64,000 nt of DNA from Savitreella phatthalungensis (Eukaryota), in contig AP039706.1 in assembly GCA_051599415.1 (NCBI GenBank), positions 124,001 through 188,000 of the forward strand, in the 5' to 3' direction. The notes beneath the pieces are model-generated. The model saw only the letters and a program-made list of their open reading frames with translations. It was not told the origin of the DNA and ran no database searches. Made by a program: the position numbers and the translations under genes. The stretch's first letter is position 1. Each line of letters begins with the position of its first letter. Positions 30,596 through 43,600 of this stretch are shown piece by piece.

Positions 30596-33500
30596 GGAGT
30601 AGTAGTAGTAGTTGTTGTAAGGTAGAGAGAAGGTAGAAGAAGGGCTAGGAGTGACTTGAGAAGGTCCTTCGCTTGAGAGCGGTATGAAGAACAATGGGTG
30701 GGGCAGACGATTCTCTTATACCTTCTATTCGCATTGTGTACGAACGACACGCAGGAGTGACCCACCGAAGAGGTCTCCCTTGTCTTTAGCCGGACGGTGT
30801 ATGGCGTTTTGACCTCGCCTGTCTTTAGCACGAGCTTCCAGACCGCCGCTGTATCGGGCTTTGTTGAGCGGACAAAGTGATACAGATCACGTTGGCGTCT
30901 GCATCGGTGGTGGTGGTGGTGGTGGTGGCCATCCGACTTTGTCTCACCCGTGTGTGGCGTCCACAAGATCTCTTTACTAGAGCACGTCAAGGGTGAAAGG
31001 ATTCAAGGTCAAGTGGGACCAAACCTACCTGCTGAAGAATGTTGTATGGTCTAGCTTTGGTGAGGTGACGCACAGACCGGAGGGTCCAACAGGATTCAGG
31101 ATCGAGATCGTTTCCGATGTCTCACCTTGGCAAGTGCTCCGATGTTGGACCACCCCATACAGATACACACTCTCTTTCCTCCGAAGGTCTGGGTCTAGTC
31201 CTGAATGAGGAAAGATACTTGATCGATCGATCGACACAGACTTACATCTGCGGTCATGGCTTATGGTTGACCCGGTTGATAGCCTTAGCTCTTTGAGACA
31301 AATGGTCGACGGCGGAGATCCTTTTGACCTGGACAGTGACTTGACTTTCCACTCCTTCTGGATATGTGTGGCTGTTGAGGCTGTTCGTGGCTCATTCACT
31401 CAACTAATCCTACAGTGCTGTGATATAGTTCTTTGACTCAACGGGGATTTCTGGCGTTGTCTCTGAATCCTCATTTCTAGGCTTCTGGCCCGGCGGGGGA
31501 GAAGTTTTTGATTCTTTCTCGCTTCTTGAAAATTTGATAAATTACCAGATGCGGATTCCATTCACCACTCCAACAGTTCCTTTAACCGACATCAAATACA
31601 AGAAGTCTAGAAGGGCATTTATGAGAGGTGAGAAGCCCAAAGAAGAAGTCTTTTTCATAGGCCATGACTGAGGATCTCAAATTCATTGGTGAAGATACCG
31701 AGATGAAAGGCACTGAGAGCCTTTTTGTCTTCGGAGCTCACTTTCCAACGATGGAATTCTACGGTGGTCAGGTGGTCTCAGCTTGATGACCCAGATTTAG
31801 ATTTCCAGTATACTCTACTCAGCAAGGTCAGACTAACTAGTCAGACTGTTGCTCAGAGAGAGGTCAAAAGAGTTGAGGGTGATGAGGAGGAGATTGAACA
31901 CGTTGGATTGAAACTACCGCATTCGCAATCTATTCGAATGGTCTAGCTCGACCACGAGGAAGAAACTCCTGTAAATCTCACAACCATCGTCGTCATCGTC
32001 ATGCACCTCTGTATCATCCGATGCATCGCTAAATGTCCTGCTCCGGCTGCACTACTACGATCTATTCAACGCGGGAGATCGGCCGGCTGTATCACTGACC
32101 CTCCTACAAATATGCAAGCGAGCTTCCACGCGAGTCACCGTTTGCGTTTCTTCTATTTGAGCTTGGTTTTGTTTGAAGGCTCAGAAGTGGAAAAGCTATT
32201 TAGACGACTCGCCAGACCACGCGAGCATAAACCTTATCTAGTCTTTGCTTGGAGTATTAAAGAACGAAACGACAAAGCCTCTGTCGATTCAGGCATTAAG
32301 CAACTAAATGCATACGATGCCATGCTTCAGCTTCCTTCTTCCATATGCACTGTATGCTAAACTCTACTACGCGCGCGAGCTAGCTATAGATAGCTATTCG
32401 ATGTATTGTTCTGAAACTGTGCATGCACATGTATCTGGACGAATGAGATCTCGAGCATTTGGGACAAGACTACGGGAGCCTCCTCACGCGAATGCGAGAC
32501 TCATCTATTCGGAGCATTTTATCTCATCTCACAATTGATAAATCTCAATATCTAGATTTCCTCACTCGGGGGGGAAGTATCCTCACAGGGGTCTACATAG
32601 CCTTGCTTTCTGCTTCACGCTCCGTCTGAGATGGAATCACATTCTCTGCCACCTCGATCGGTTCAGGAAGCGGGAAGGCCGCAAAGAGGGGCCCGAACGA
32701 GGACGCAGAGGGGCAAGCAAAGCCACGCCTTTATCTGTCCAGCAAGACCCGTTCCGTGTATGAGATAGACAGAAGCTTGACGATCGTTTCCTGTAATGAC
32801 TTCTCCGCTGTATCTATGAAAGGATGTCCGTGCGAGTACGACAACAGGAGTGATGGGAAGGGCAGCAGTACTGTTAGACAGGTTTCTCTTCATCGTTGAT
32901 GCTTCGGCCAGAGAGCCAAAAGGGAGAGGCACAAAAGAACGGATCCAAAGTGGATTCCTCCGACATGCACAGTGACAGGCTAGCCGCCCAGCTGTGCCGT
33001 GCCGCACCGCACCGTGCCGTACCGCGCCACCCGTGAAAACTGATGCAGGCCTGACGCTGTGCTGATGCCGACGCGGTGCGACGAGGTCTAAGAGAAAGGT
33101 AAGGTCTAGATGGACTTGACTAGACTACTCACAAGTGTACTGTTCAGGACGTGTGCCGTGCATCCGCCGGAGGAATGATGGTCACTTGGCTGGTATGACG
33201 TTGACGTGCTGTTGGTGATGCAGCATTTCGCAGGCCGTGGGATTATGTGGGACATCGCTGAACTCTGCCGAGTGGATCGGACTCGTTGTGCCGTGCTATG
33301 ACATGCCGTGTTGTGTGCCGTTCGGATGGCGGCCAGCTTGACTTGAGGAGACCTGGTGGAGATCTGATCAGGTGCTGACCTGACTTAAAAAAAGTGCCGT
33401 GATGAAATGCATATTTGGTATGCATATTTTGTTTGTGCATATTAACGGCGCTCGATCGGGTCAATCGCCCGTATCTCACTTGCCAACAGACATTTAACAT

Positions 33501-34214
33501 GGGGTTCGCAATGTTGTGCATCTGAATACATGTCTGACTTGTCAATGCCAGCCTGGTAAACCGATCGATGAGTGCACGTGCTGTGGGTTCATAATGACGA
33601 CATATAAGCTGTGATATAACGTATGCCTCCAGGAGAGATGAATCTATAGGCTGCTGTGTTCAAGGTCTGAACCCTGGGCGGTAGATTCACTGAGTATTCG
33701 GGAATGGCAGATCAGCCTGTGCCACATCTACCTTGGCCACAAATACGACCGTTGTCTGAGATCACTTGCATGCTCATGTCTCCAAGCCTTTGGAAATGCC
33801 CAGATCTGGCATCTTTAGATGGAGATCGATCGTCGATCATTCACCAAGCGTCACTCACGCCTCAGTCACAAATCTCGTGCACGCATATGACCGTCTTTGC
33901 CACTACCACAAGATCATCGACTACACAGATGCAGCGCTCACAAACATCTCGCCGTCTGCGATGACGTCAACTGCGACTACAACATGATTCATGACCGTTC
34001 CTGTGACACTAGGCCAGCAATCTGCCATCGCGACCTCGCCGTGATATCTTCTGAGCCTATTGAACACGTGCTCGTTTGTCATCTCCGTACACGTGTTTGG
34101 CTCGAAAGTTAAAAATAGAATCAGCCTTTCTCCCTTGACTCATCACTCGACGCGTCTGCTGCCTCACCTCCGCAAGTCTATCGGCTTGGACTTCTCCACA
34201 TCTTGAGCCTTCTT

Positions 34215-35738
34215 ATGCCCGCACGGCACTCCGCGTCGACACATGTTCTGACAGAGTCGCGGGCGACGTCGCTACGGTCTAGCCTACTCTCATGGTATGT
34301 TGAGCACAAGCGCGACTTGCCCTGGCGTCTCCCAGCTGCGTCGTTCCCGGAGGTGGATGACACGTCAGCGAGCGGCGATGACGCTTTCTCACGAGGATAC
34401 GACGCGTACATCGACCGCGTGTACCGCTGCCTGATCTCGGAGACGATGCTGCAGCAGACGCAGGTTGCGACGGTGGTTGCGTACTACAACAAATGGCTTA
34501 CGTTGTTTCCGACGCTCGGTTCCCTTGCCGGGGCTGGATCTGACTCTGTGATGAGCGCGTGGGCTGGGCTGGGGTACTATTCTCGCGCGACGCGCCTCCA
34601 GAAGGCTGCCGCGTACCTGGACGGCGAGTTTGTGAGCGGACGGAAGCAGCTGCCAGAGGATCCTGCCTTCTGGGCAAAGCACGTCCCCGGCGTCGGACCC
34701 TACACCGCAGGCGCAATCCTCTCAATCGCTCTAGACATCCCAGTCCCACTCGTCGACGGAAACGTGTCCCGCGTCGCATCCCGCATCCTCGCCATCCACG
34801 GCGACGTCACCACACCCAAATCCCCTGGAGCCAGTGCCGTCTGGGCGTTTGCGAAGGAGGTCGTCACTGCGGGTGGTGGGAGGTCGGCAGGGGATGTGAA
34901 TCAGAGTCTGATGGAGTTGGGTGCGACGGTGTGCACGCCTGTTGGCCCTGCGTGCGAGAGGTGCCCTGTGTCCGGGGACTGCTCCGCGTACCGCGGCAGA
35001 GTGCGTCACACAAAGAGCGGCGGGAAGTCTGCCGATAAGGCACAAGCGTTCTTCTCCAAGCGCAGGGCCCCCAGCAAGGTCGCAGAGCCAATCACCCAGG
35101 ACACCGATCTGAGCGACATCGAGGACCTATGTACCATCTGTCCGACCCACATCGACCCAGACGTCCTCCCTCCCGGCAAATCATCAACCGACTACATCGC
35201 TTTGTACTACCCCTTCAAGGTCGAGAGGAAGAAGGCGCGTGAGGAGGTGGCTGACGTGTTGGTGTGTGTGCGCGAGGGTGATGGGAAGGTGCTGCTGGAG
35301 AAGAAGGGGGGTGGTGTTGGTGGTGGGTTGCTTGCTGGGTTATGGGATTTTCCAACCGTCCTACGGACTACAGAAACTCCTGCCATCCCAACAGACCTCC
35401 ACGCACACACTGCAGGCCAGACTGTGCATTTGTTCACCCACATCCGGAGGACCTCCATCGTCCATGTGACCACATCCGCTGACGCCGACGGCGATCGGGT
35501 AGTTTGGGGTTGTGGTGGTGGGGAGCGAGAGTGGGCGGATTTGCGGGTAGACAAGTCGGAGATCGGTGTGGCTGTGAGCGAGCTGTGTCTGCGGAACTGG
35601 CGGTGCGCCGCAGCGTTTATCGACGGCGACATGAAGCTCTCACAGACGTCGGGCAAGAAGCGAGCTCCGACAGCCACGCCCGCAGCACGAGCTCACAAGA
35701 AACAAAAGCCGTCAGGCCAATCGACTCTCAAGTTCTAA
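34215..35738 (+). CDS. myh1: A/G-specific adenine DNA glycosylase MutY
   Basis: RDLPWR, SETMLQQTQV, WAGLGYYSRA, HhH PGVGPYTAGAI, VDGNVSRV, Fe-S motif CTPVGPACERCPVSGDC, NUDIX-like GLLAGLWDFP. Confidence 0.95.
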   Translation: MPARHSASTHVLTESRATSLRSSLLSWYVEHKRDLPWRLPAASFPEVDDTSASGDDAFSRGYDAYIDRVYRCLISETMLQQTQVATVVAYYNKWLTLFPTLGSLAGAGSDSVMSAWAGLGYYSRATRLQKAAAYLDGEFVSGRKQLPEDPAFWAKHVPGVGPYTAGAILSIALDIPVPLVDGNVSRVASRILAIHGDVTTPKSPGASAVWAFAKEVVTAGGGRSAGDVNQSLMELGATVCTPVGPACERCPVSGDCSAYRGRVRHTKSGGKSADKAQAFFSKRRAPSKVAEPITQDTDLSDIEDLCTICPTHIDPDVLPPGKSSTDYIALYYPFKVERKKAREEVADVLVCVREGDGKVLLEKKGGGVGGGLLAGLWDFPTVLRTTETPAIPTDLHAHTAGQTVHLFTHIRRTSIVHVTTSADADGDRVVWGCGGGEREWADLRVDKSEIGVAVSELCLRNWRCAAAFIDGDMKLSQTSGKKRAPTATPAARAHKKQKPSGQSTLKF

Positions 35739-35850
35739 TCCTGGAGATTTAAAGTAGACACAGACACGGATCGTTAATGAATGACTTTACGCATGAAGGC
35801 CTGTTCGTCTGTTGGAAGGTTTGTCGGAGGATTTGGAAAGGGGGGAGGTT

Positions 35851-36336
35851 CTACATCTCGTCTAGCTGTCTATGGATGTCTTCGAGTTCCTTTGTGGCCT
35901 TTGCTAGTTTTTCAGCTAGTTCCTCGTTCTTTGACTCGAGCGCTGCGGATTCCTTCTGGGCGATGTCGAGTTGTTTCTGGAGGTGCTCGTTGGTGACGTC
36001 CATCTGCCTGAGCTTGTCGGTCGTCTCTCTGAGTGTGAGGTCGTTCTTCTCTGCGTCTGCCTCGAGTGCGTCCACTTTCCGCTGGAGCGCTTCAGCGTTC
36101 CCGACAGCGCCGTGGGAGCCTTCGGCCGCAGACTTGAGCTCTTTCACCTGCGACTCAAGCTTCTCCACCTCTTCTTCCAGGAGCGTGTTCCTGTGAGTGA
36201 GCGAGGTGACCTCACGCTCGCGAGACGTCGCCTCCTGCTCCAGTGTCTTCACTTTCGATTGCGACTCCTCGTACTTCGAGTGGTTGTCGTCGGCCTCGGT
36301 GCGCAGGTTTGCTAGCTTCTCCTTGAGCTTGTCCAT
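35851..36336 (-). CDS. cdc8: Tropomyosin (161 aa, intronless)
   Basis: MDKLKEKLANLRTEAD N-terminus, continuous heptad coiled coil, length typical of fungal tropomyosin. Confidence 0.92.
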   Translation of the reverse strand: MDKLKEKLANLRTEADDNHSKYEESQSKVKTLEQEATSREREVTSLTHRNTLLEEEVEKLESQVKELKSAAEGSHGAVGNAEALQRKVDALEADAEKNDLTLRETTDKLRQMDVTNEHLQKQLDIAQKESAALESKNEELAEKLAKATKELEDIHRQLDEM

Positions 36337-36825
36337 CTTGAGAGCTATCTGTATAGTGGAAACAAAGCCAGGGTTTCTTTGTTAAGTCTTGTGGTTCTGT
36401 GTGTGTGTGGGAGAGGTAGAGGTTAGGTGTCGCGTCACCGTTGATTGTTCGTTGCCCGTGCGCGTAACCTTGCTTTGCTTGATAGATTCAGGATTCGCGC
36501 TGCCAGTATACACTAGATTCACGTACACGTGCACAGACGCCGATTCACGCTATTTATAGCAGCAACACAAAGCACCACACAGTCAGGTCGATTTTGGAAA
36601 GAGGATAAAGGTCCGTGGTTAGGTGAGAGACATTACATATGACTAGCGAGTGTAGAAAGAGGTGTATAGGCGTGAAAGTGAAGAAATAGAGAGGATAGAG
36701 TGTGAATGTATGTGGTTTGGGGGAGGTTTAGGCGGGTGTGGTCATCGATAGGTCGTAATGTGATATTTGTTCCATAGGTCCGTGAGCTGGGATACGCTTT
36801 GGCAGCGGCATCATTCCGCAAGGTC

Positions 36826-36922
36826 CTACCGATGCGGTGGAGACTTGAGTATGCGTGAGCCGCTAGAGATGCGTTTCTGTAGTCGATGTGCGCCGTTGGC
36901 GAGTATGCTCGATGTCGTTTGG

Positions 36923-36953
<31 letters not shown>

Positions 36954-39900
36954 ATTGGATCGATGAAGGTGGAGCGGTGCTCGAGGCTGATCGATTCAAG
37001 GTCGTTTGGGGCGGCATTGGACCGTTCGGATTCGTAGCTGCATCGAATGATGGCGGTGGCTCGCGCGGGTACGATGTTCCTGTGGCGCTCGCTGGCTGCA
37101 CCTGCTGCTGCTGCTGCTGTTGAGATGCAAGCAGAGCAGCTGCTGAAGTGGTCGTGATGCCCGGGGTGGCTGCGGTGAATGCAGCTGAAAGTGTCGTCGG
37201 ACTGCCTAGCGGAGGGGCTAGTGAGTTCGCTGGGGGCGAGGATGACTGTGGTAGTGGCAGGGTTTGCAGCGGGACATGACCTCGCTGAATCTTGCCTACG
37301 AGCCAGTGCCTGCCTGGTACTGTGATACCTTGAAGATCTGACGAGGGGAGTTCTGCACCGTTGAGGTAAAGGAGTTCGGCAAGTGGGAAGACCTCAGCTT
37401 CCTCTGCTAATGCCAGGGCAAGGACTGGGGTGTTTGTCCGATCGTCGATGACATTGGCGTCTGCGCGGGAAGCTAGGGCACCGTAAGCGGCAGCGATGTT
37501 TCCAGATGTGACGCTCTGTAAGAGGACGTCGTTCGGCGACAGAGACGGATACTCGACGAACGCGCGATCGACGTACTTGGCCGTGATGTAGCGGACGCGG
37601 TGATCGCGTGATGACTTCTCTGACGGCCGGTCTTGCGGCGCGAGGATGTGGGCATTGGCATCGAAGATTTGGTTGGCGACGCGGTTGCCGGTGAGGACGA
37701 GAAGCTCGACGAGGTCGCGATTGAAGGAGTTGGTGTCGAGCAGCAGAGAACGAACTTTAGAGATATGACTGCCGAGGGAGCGGTGGACGCCAGAGCACTC
37801 GATGCACAGGATCGCGCACAGGTTGATGGAGACCCACTCGACTTTGGCTGATGAACCACAGTCTGCACATCGTGAGTTCTCAGGAGCAGCCTCGCGAATC
37901 GTCGATAGGAGTTTACGTGGCTCGTCGCTGCCAACGAATGGTCGACTTGAGGCACTGCCGGTGGACGTGTTGAGCGCTGTGGTCAGCGTAGATGATCTGC
38001 GGCTGAGTTTGCCGCCGAAGAGTGCTTCGGCGTTACCGCCAGATTGCTTAACTTCGCGGTTGTGTTGATGAAGTGAGACTTGGGAAGCACTGCCATCGAG
38101 AATGCCTGCGATGGCTGCTGTGATGTGCTTGATCCAGGACTCGAGTTCTTCCTCGCCGGTTGTCTGGTAGACGCGCTTCGAATTCGGTGTCAGGACCTCG
38201 AAACAGAATCGCCGGTCTGTGTTGCGCGCAGGACGGACGGTAGCCATGCGGAGGTCGATCGGATCGCCGCTGTGGTCGATCGCCTCTTTCCAGTCTCTGT
38301 ACTCTGAGATCTGACCTCCAGCAAGTACTACCCAGAACTTGTGCCAGTTGAGCTTTTGTACGCCCGGGGCCATCTTGGGATCGCCTTGGCGGGCGAGTGC
38401 CCAAAGGATACCTTCTTTCCGACGCGGATCCTGCTCCTGCACGTTGAGCGGCGGTACATCTTGCAAGATGGCTTCATCGAGGACCTGCATGGCGCGCTGG
38501 CTGCCTGATCGCGAGAGTGTCGGGTGAATCGTCTCGCCTGAACTTTCATCCTTCGGCAGATTGCTCTTCTCGATATGCCGTCGCCGCTCTTCTCGCTCGG
38601 ATCGCACGAGCTTGAAATCATTGCCTGCGGATTCCAGGCCTCGTGACAGGGTCTCGAGCGCAGGTCGTAGCTCTCGAACAACATTTGCGACGCCCAGGAT
38701 CTTTTGTGATTGCGTCATTGCATACAGGGTGAGCTGCTTGAGGACTTCGTGTTCCTTTCTGCCGCCATGGAGATCTTGAACGTAGCAGAAGTAGTCGAAT
38801 CGTTTGAGTTCGAAATTTCGCTTCTTCGAGTTGTACTTGGAGTCCTTGTCCATGAGCTTCTTTTCGTCTGCGTCGTTGCGCTTGCTGAGGTAGCGGGAAA
38901 CGAAGCCGTAGAAGTCCTTTGATTCGTCCTCAAACTCGCGCTTCTTGCCTTCGGCAGCCTTGATGTCGACGTCGTAGATTCGGCGGAGCGGAGCGATGAT
39001 GGCTGTGTGGAGGAGAGCGTCGTCGTCGTGTCTGAATTGCTGAAGCTGCGCGGATGCCTGGTCGAAGTACGCATCCCACACAGGTCGGCAGGCAGATGGA
39101 TTGCTCTCTGCGATCAGCCGCATCGTCTCAAAAAGCTTCTCGTACGCTTCCGAGTATGCGACGTAGAGTGTGCGAACGGCGTTCGCCCGCTTCATCAGTT
39201 TCTTGATCCGTAGCCGGAATGCTTCAGTCTTGCTCTCGAGACCAGCCAAGGTCGCCCTGAACACAGGTCCGTCGTCTAGATCGGCGGATGTCTCTGGCGG
39301 CGAGAGGAGGGCTGTGATGCTTGACTGCTGCGCAGAGTCGAAGTACGGCGATGTGTCGACGTTGATGGGCGTCATGATTTCCGGGGAGTCTGGGCGTGGG
39401 AGAGGTGGCTCGACTCTGGGAGACTCGATGGAGGAGTATGAAGGGATGTGCAGCCGCGTGGGACGAGCCTGCTGTTGGTAGTGGGGAGAGGAGATGGGGA
39501 TCGGCACCACGTCTTCGACGACGAACAAGGCGAAGCGAGCGAGGACGACGAATCGGTTGTCGCTCTTGGAGAATTCTGCAAAGGCGCAGACGACTCTGCC
39601 ACGAGAAGGTGGCTGGACTTGCCAGACGTGATCTACCTGGGTGTCTTGGCGGTCACCGATCAGGGCTGCGTGTGGGTGTTTGTGGATGTTGGAGTCTGCA
39701 GCGTAGGTCGATGTCAGTAGGCGGTCGACGTCCGCAGCGGTTGCGCCATGAACGAACGTCAGCCCTGAGATCGCACCACGCACCGCCAAGCTAAAATGCA
39801 GACTCGAGCCTGAACGCGCTTGGATGGTGAACGTCTGCGCTTCTGCATCCCCGACGTATTCCACAGGAGCGCCATCGTCGCGTGTTGCACCGTACCTCCC

Positions 39901-40188
39901 GGTCTTCTCTCGCCGTGTGATGGTGACTGCTTTGGAAGGTGCACCTGGCGCATGTATACGGAGAGACGTTAGGAGTAAGCGATCAGGCCTTGCAAGGTAG
40001 ATAAGCGCGTCTGTGTGGGGTGCCGCAGCAGGTGGATTAAGCGTGGGCGTGTGGGAAGTGGATGCAGTCGTAGGCGCTGGCGCTGATGCCGAAGCTATAG
40101 AAGCTACCTGTACGGTATTCATGGTCGGCTGCGACGTCCCAGGTGGTGAGCCCGGTGGTGAACCAGGTAGGTGACCTGCAGACGTCAT
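36826..40188 (-). CDS. BAR-PH-ArfGAP protein (Csx2/Cnt/Age1-like)
   Basis: DDGPVFRA BAR start, FELKRFDY, PH domain WHKFWVVL...RRFCFEV, ArfGAP CADC...WVSINL..LCIECSGVHRSLG; poly-Q tail. Confidence 0.9.
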
Positions 40189-40683
40189 ATGGACATTGTC
40201 CCGATGAGCTGGTCCTTGACGGAACTTATGAGGAAACTATCGCTCTGCTGTAGATAGAAATAGGAGCATAAGCTGAATGCGCGATGAAGTCTGTTCGCTC
40301 AAGACCAGCACTCTAGAGGACGAGCTTCTCTCTGATACCCACGTATCGCTGCCTTGATTTGCTTTACGTTGGTTTAATTGCGTCGCGTACGTGCGGACGT
40401 TTGTGTAACGCCGTACATCTCATGAATCACGTGTTTTCTTTGTCTGCTCTATAGATATCTGATTATTTGGGTTGCACGTGAATACGCTCTGCTCGACCTC
40501 GAAGGCGATGAAGCAGAGTATATCACTCATCGACGCGCTATAGACTTTGGACTTGAGACGGCTGAGGCTGAATCATGTTCGAGAAGAGATTCCTGGCTGA
40601 TCTTTTCGCATGTTGACTGACTTGCTTGTCTACGTATCTCACTAACTCTCTCTCTGTGTTCCTCACTCTTCCACTTTCCCTAC

Positions 40684-43600
40684 CTAGTAACCATACATCT
40701 GACCACCGTTGAGGCCACCACCGTAACCTGTAGGTTGTCCAGGCATACCCATCATGCCTGATGCTGGTGCTGCAGTGATCATGAGCGGGTTTCCAATCAT
40801 TGGCGTTGTGTCGTCCTTTTGCTGAAGGTCTTGATCACGCTTTTTGCGGTCTTCGTTGTCCTGGAAGAGCTGCTGCAGCTTCTGCTGTTGCTCGTGCTGG
40901 TGGTTGATGAGGTATGGCATGGTGAAGTCCTGAAGGCCGTATCGCCACGACAGCTCCATGACGAGGTCGAGTGAAACGAGGTGGTAGCAGGTGAAGAGGA
41001 GGGCTGCAAACACTTCCTTGTTGCCGACCTCGACAAAGTAGCGAGCGAGTTCCTCGACAACCTCAGGCTTGCTAGATGCCGCTGAAATCTCCACAGCGTC
41101 CTTCCACAGTCGATCGCCCTTCGACAGGTCGATTGCGTGCTGCCACCGCTTCATCTTGCGGTACAGGTGTGCGGCGATCCGCCGGAACTCTAATAGCTCG
41201 TGCTTCTCCAGCTTCTGTGCAAGAGCGAGTGTCTCGAACCGGTCATACGAGTCGACAGAGTGACGAAGAGACTTGTAGTCTTCCTCCTCGATCAGCAACT
41301 CGTTGTAGGCAGTGTTGACTGCCTCGATGTTCTTCTCCTGGACAGCGGCCAGGTATGATCTGATGAGCGGCACATTGTCAGACTTCTCGAACATACGGAC
41401 GACGCGTGTGTGATCGATGCGCGGGGTGAGAGCTTGGAGAAGGTCGGTGAGGAGCATTGGCTGTTCCTGCAGATAGAAGTTCAGAGCCTTGTAATAGATC
41501 TCGAGGTTGGCAACCTTCACGATGATCTCCTTGAACTTGGCGTGCTCCCAAGCGTCCGCCGAACGCTCCATGATGGTCAGGGCGGCGTTGTCAAACTCGT
41601 CGTAGTGCTCGTATAGGAAGACGAGTTCTGGCCAGAGGTGCGCCTGCTCGCATGCACGGATCGTCTTTGGCATCTGGATGCGTCCCCAGAAGAGCTTGAT
41701 GTGAGACATCACAGCCTCTGTGCGGTACTTGGTGTAGAGGATTGCGAGCTCTGTGAACATGCCCATGTGAGCACGCTCGAGAGAGAGACCTGCCTCCATG
41801 AGCGTCATCAACTCCTCGAAGAAGCCGTTGTACTCGTACTGGCGCACGAGCGCAGATAGCTCCTCTGCATGAACGATCAGGTTCAGTCCACAGATCTGCG
41901 CCAGACGGAACTCGCGCTGGTCGATGCAGACCTGGTTCACTTCCTTCCAGACCTTGATCGAGTTGGCCTTGCGTGCACAGTCGACGGCGTTTTGGTATTC
42001 GCCCAGGTGGACGAGTGTGGACGCGAGACGAGCCCAATTGGAGACGCCTGTGAAGAGCACCTTGGCTGCCTGGTACTGCTGCGCATCATAGCAGTCGTCT
42101 CCTGCCTTGTTGACGTCTGCCACGTTTGTTCCCTGGAGGAAGTCCTCGAGGTCGTGTAGTCGGTCAGTCTTGGCAAAAGCGAGGAGAAGAGCGGTGTCAA
42201 CGACAGGCTCGCGCACGGTCTTGCGTGCCATCTGCAGGTAGCGGATCAGATCCTCAGACTTGCCAGCTCTGTCGGCAATTTCGACGACCTCTGCATAGTT
42301 GCTCGGATCCTTCGCCTTGAGGTAAGAGTCGATCGAGTCAGTGACGCGGAGACCGTCGAGCTGGGCCTTGGCCAGACGCGACCACACCTCTGGTGTGTCG
42401 ACCTTGTCGGCGTATTCCTGTGCACGGTCGATCGAGACTACATGTTCGACGAGGACGTTGACGGCGTCGGCGTGGGAACCCTGCTTCTGGTAGATGTCGA
42501 ATGCTTCCTCGTGCAGACCGGACTGTAGGGCGATCTGAGCGATGTCGGGCGCATCGTAGTTGTCCAGCTTGGTGACGTAGCCACGGACACGTGCCTTGTC
42601 TGACTTAATGGCAGTGAGGATGAGCAGGTTTTGGAGGTTCTGATTGTCACTGAAGGCGGAGGGCTCTAGGATGATCTTTTCGAGCAGGTCGATGAGCTCG
42701 ATCGGCAAGTCGGCCTGCATGAAGGCCTTGACGGCGACCGAGACATCCTCCGGAGAAGAGGACTCGGGCACGGCTGTGGCGATGACCTGGTCAACGAGCT
42801 GTCGGCGGAACGAATTGTCGGAGGAGAGAACTGCCTCCCAGAGTCCAGGTTCGCGACGGCTGAGCACATACCTTGCCTGCTGCTTAAACATCTGGTTCTC
42901 GTTCGTGATGCGGACGAGTTCGAGGTCATTCTGTCCCTTGGAGTAGGCGATGAAAGCGAGAGATGGATCACGCTTCTCGCAGTACTTTCCGACGACGAGG
43001 GTGTCGTAATCCTGCTCCTTCAGGAATCGTTCAGGGTTGTTGTTGGAGTCGATGTAGATCTTTGCGAGGGCATTTGTCACCTCACGGTCAGGCTGCGAGG
43101 CCTCAAGGAAAGGCAGCAGCATCTTGAGACGGTTGCGACGCTCGACCTCGGCGACGAGATCGGCCACAGGCACCTGATTGACAACCGACATGAGCAGACC
43201 CTTGATGATGTTCTCGTCGCAATCGACGTCGAGCAGACCTCCGACAACAGCCGGAGCACGCTGCGGGTTAACGCGCTGGACATAGACCTCGATGAACTTG
43301 AAGAGCTGGTTCTGGTAGAGATAGAGAACGAGGTCGTGGACAAAGTCGAAACGGTCGCAAACGATGATGAGTGGAAGCTGGTCTGGCAATCTGGCCTCTT
43401 TGAGGAAGTTCTTGACCTTGTCCGGGTTGTACGCGTTGGACTCACGGCACACGCGCTCGACTTCCTTGAGCTGACCAATGGATGCGGCTGCCTGGATGTA
43501 CTTGAACACGACTTCCTGCTCCTCGGTGAGGTTGACGATGGAGCCAAGGTAGTAGTAGAGACCTTCAGGAGTCTTATACTTCTCGAAGAGCTGGATGAGC

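Noticed and set aside
32585..32680. TPP-riboswitch-like words (GGGG...CTGAGA...ACCTCGATC...GCGGGAAG)
   Set aside because: The P5 stem-loop (TGGATAATACCA-like) and ATAC are missing, and it is not in an intron or UTR of a thiamine gene
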